A stretch of DNA of 64,000 nucleotides from an uncultured Acidobacteriaceae bacterium (GTDB taxonomy: Bacteria > Acidobacteriota > Terriglobia > Terriglobales > Acidobacteriaceae): NCBI GenBank assembly GCA_963705765.1, contig CAVPKU010000054.1, positions 31,659-95,658 of the forward strand. The letters are read 5' to 3'. Positions 62,348 to 64,000 of this stretch are shown here, in pieces. The notes beneath the pieces were generated by a model, which searched no databases, had not been told where the DNA came from, and saw only the letters and a list, made by a program, of their open reading frames with translations. The translations under genes and the position numbers were made by a program. Numbering within the stretch: position 1 is the stretch's first letter; each line of letters opens with the position of its first letter.

Positions 62348-62393
62348 CCACTCGACAAGTTAGTGGGGAGGCCGGTTGGCGACCGGCCGCTGG

Positions 62394-62431
62394 CGAAGGG
62401 TCTGCGGGGGCGCAGGCCCTTCGCTATTTTT
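62394..62431 (+). terminator. strong terminator/attenuator-like hairpin CGAAGGGTCTGCG-GGGG-CGCAGGCCCTTCG + CTATTTTT
   Basis: A 13-bp stem (one U-G pair) plus a T5 run, only about 70 nt upstream of the ATG at 62502. It is preceded by a 7-bp hairpin GGCCGGT-N5-ACCGGCC (62370-62388). Confidence 0.6.
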
Positions 62432-62501
62432 GAGCCGGCGGAATCCGGAACAACCGCTGCGGCGGGTCCATCGAACGAATATTGGTAAGGGAGAATCCAT
62501 C

Positions 62502-63233
62502 ATGGCATCAGTCCAGAGTGAGTCCACAGTGCAAGGTACAGGCGGCGCAGCGCCGGCCGAGCGGCAGTGCAGTTACATGAAGGCCGACGGGACGAAGTGC
62601 CGGGACTGGACGGTGCGCGGACAGCAACTGTGCGGCCGGCACGGCTTATTCGTGCAGACGCGGATGGAGAAGCCGATCGGCGTGCCGCTGCTGGAAGACG
62701 AGAACTCGATCGTGCTGGTGCTTTCAGAGACGGTGCGGGGGCTGGCGTGGGGCACGATGCCGGTGACCAACGGCCGGCATATCATCGCAGCGCTGCGCCT
62801 GGCATACACGATACAAAGCCAGAAGATGCAGATGGCGAAGCTGAGGCTGCAGATGCGCAAGCTGGGGGTTCGGGAAGAGGAGATTCTGGAGGCTGCGCCG
62901 GCGGCGGTGGTGGTGGGCGAGGAGACGGGAGACAGGAGCGTGGAGACGGGAGCTGGGAGCGCGGAGCCTGGAGACAGGAGCGAGGAGACGGGAGCTGGGA
63001 GCGCGACGGATTCGGCGGAGATGGCGCAGGCGTCCATGATGCCGCCGCATTCGCGGGGAAAGTTTCGCGACCTGAAGAAGCAGTGGGACAAGGATCTGCA
63101 GAAGGGCGCGAACGAGATGACGGATCGGTTTGTGAAGCGCTACGGGGAGACACGGGAGGAATTTGTGGCGGCGCGGGCTACGCCGTTCGGGGAGATGAGA
63201 GAGGAAGAAGGGGTGATGGTTGGGGCGATGTGA
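62502..63233 (+). CDS. hypothetical protein with N-terminal C-x7-C-x10-C-x2-H motif and internal 7-aa repeats
   Basis: ORF-track frame 62376..63233 was trimmed to ATG 62502 (AAGGGAG RBS). The N-terminus reads QCSYMKADGTKCRDWTVRGQQLCGRHG. The middle ETGDRSV/ETGAGSA/EPGDRSE/ETGAGSA repeats are encoded by a GGAGNNN heptamer array. Confidence 0.55.
   Translation: MASVQSESTVQGTGGAAPAERQCSYMKADGTKCRDWTVRGQQLCGRHGLFVQTRMEKPIGVPLLEDENSIVLVLSETVRGLAWGTMPVTNGRHIIAALRLAYTIQSQKMQMAKLRLQMRKLGVREEEILEAAPAAVVVGEETGDRSVETGAGSAEPGDRSEETGAGSATDSAEMAQASMMPPHSRGKFRDLKKQWDKDLQKGANEMTDRFVKRYGETREEFVAARATPFGEMREEEGVMVGAM
62921..63004. repeat. 12 consecutive GGAGNNN heptamers (also a 42-bp tandem duplication) inside a CDS
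   Basis: GGAGACG GGAGACA GGAGCGT GGAGACG GGAGCTG GGAGCGC GGAGCCT GGAGACA GGAGCGA GGAGACG GGAGCTG GGAGCGC. Confidence 0.85.
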
Positions 63234-63331
63234 GGGGGCACACCAGCGCAGTGGCCCTGCCGGATTGCCCAGAAGAACTGATTGCCATGCGTTCGTTCAT
63301 CCCGCCCACACCCTCACCTCCGGCACGAAAT

Positions 63332-63369
63332 GTGAAGGGGCATGGCTTCAGCCATGCCCCTTCACTTTT
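63332..63369. terminator. REP-like perfect palindrome / bidirectional terminator between convergent genes
   Basis: GTGAAGGGGCATGGCT-TC-AGCCATGCCCCTTCAC (16-nt arms) followed by TTTT. It lies between the stop at 63233 (+) and the stop at 63399 (-). Confidence 0.75.
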
Positions 63370-63398
63370 CGGTGCGGGAGGTAAGGGTACGCTCGGGT

Positions 63399-64000
63399 CT
63401 ACAGCTTCGCGAAGAAGCCCTTCATCCGATCCAGACCCTCGGCTACGTCGGCGTGGCTGGTCGCGTACGCCAGACGGATGTGCTCCGTCGTCCCGAACGC
63501 TTCGCCAGGCACCGTGACTACGTGCGCTTCGTGCAGCAGCCGCTTCGACAGCTCCATCGTGGTGCCAGCTTTCCCGAGATACTGCTTTACGTTGGGATAG
63601 ACGTAGAAGGCGCCCTCCGGCTTGACGCAGGTCACGCCTGGAATCTTCGCGAGGCCGGCGAGGGATTCATCGCGGAGCTTGAGATAGTCGGCGCGCATGG
63701 TGCCGACGCAGGCCTGATCGCCTTTGAGCGCTGCGATGGCCGCCTTCTGCACGAAGGCTGCTGAACTGGATGTGGACTGGCTTTGCAGCTTGGCCATGGC
63801 CGCGATCACCGGCTTCGGGCCGAGCGCGAATCCTGCGCGCCAGCCGGTCATAGCGTAGGTCTTCGACAGCGATCCGAGGACGACGATATGGTCTTTGGCG
63901 TCGGTGAACGATCCGCCGCTGACCAGCGCGCCGGTGTACTGCAGGTAGACGTAGCACTCGTCGAGCAGCAGCCAGATGCCGCGCTCGTGCGCGAGGTGCA
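63399..64000 (-). CDS. class I pyridoxal-phosphate-dependent (aspartate-type) aminotransferase, C-terminal part (5' end outside window)
   Basis: The frame stays open to the window edge. GSLSKTYAMTGWRAG PLP-lysine motif. C-terminal GEAFGTTEHIRLAYA block. Confidence 0.85.
   Translation of the reverse strand, partial: HLAHERGIWLLLDECYVYLQYTGALVSGGSFTDAKDHIVVLGSLSKTYAMTGWRAGFALGPKPVIAAMAKLQSQSTSSSAAFVQKAAIAALKGDQACVGTMRADYLKLRDESLAGLAKIPGVTCVKPEGAFYVYPNVKQYLGKAGTTMELSKRLLHEAHVVTVPGEAFGTTEHIRLAYATSHADVAEGLDRMKGFFAKL

Overview
This is a 64-kb high-GC bacterial chromosomal window. The gene architectures point to a soil Acidobacteriota-like genome, which is an inference. They include a TonB-dependent receptor with a carboxypeptidase-regulatory-like domain, a wHTH-Ser/Thr-kinase-TPR regulator, a MacAB-type efflux system with two separate FtsX permeases, and a Tat-signal GH127-like enzyme.

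Gene layout, in order:
(1) 1-9372 (+): exopolysaccharide/capsule locus. It holds an epimerase, an HddC-like nucleotidyltransferase, an HddA-like GHMP kinase, a co-polymerase with a degenerate BY-kinase domain, a Wza-like exporter, a Wzy-like polymerase, a GT4 and a Wzx-like flippase.
(2) Oligopeptidase B.
(3) 11.6-16.7 kb (-): System I cytochrome c maturation genes, ccmE-ccmA-ybaK-ccmB ... TonB-C protein-ccmC-ccmD-dsbA-like. CcmE carries a CxxxY motif.
(4) GH127-like enzyme, ilvE and tRNA-Glu.
(5) HlyD/ABC/FtsX/FtsX efflux operon.
(6) Nramp-related transporter with a non-canonical metal site.
(7) Operon of amino-acid permease, aminotransferase and ROK kinase.
(8) Module of FkbH-like loader, ACP, SGNH/DltD-like protein and MBOAT. 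The last two genes carry three frameshifts.
(9) wHTH-kinase-TPR regulator, a membrane protein and a lipoprotein.
(10) TPR protein, TonB-dependent receptor, GH3-PA14 and a Gly/Ser-linker lipoprotein.
(11) dinB.
(12) fdhA, DUF1641 protein and an OFA transporter.
(13) VOC protein, SpoIIE-type phosphatase and a GT-C-like membrane protein.
(14) An 812-bp hairpin-dense non-coding region, an orphan protein and the 3' part of an aminotransferase.

I saw no rRNA, CRISPR array, transposase/integrase or recognisable defence system.

The most unusual signals are:
- Two families of tandem heptanucleotide arrays, CCCTNNN (telomere-like and G-quadruplex-prone on the mRNA strand) and CYGAACG, which sit on or next to stop codons.
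- A third heptamer array, GGAGNNN x12, inside a CDS.
- The Dlt-like, ACP-dependent O-acylation module, which looks decayed.
- The variant ccm operon with an embedded ybaK.
- The structured non-coding region at 61.7-62.5 kb.

Many long ORFs in the six-frame track are antisense shadows of real genes in this high-GC DNA and were not called.
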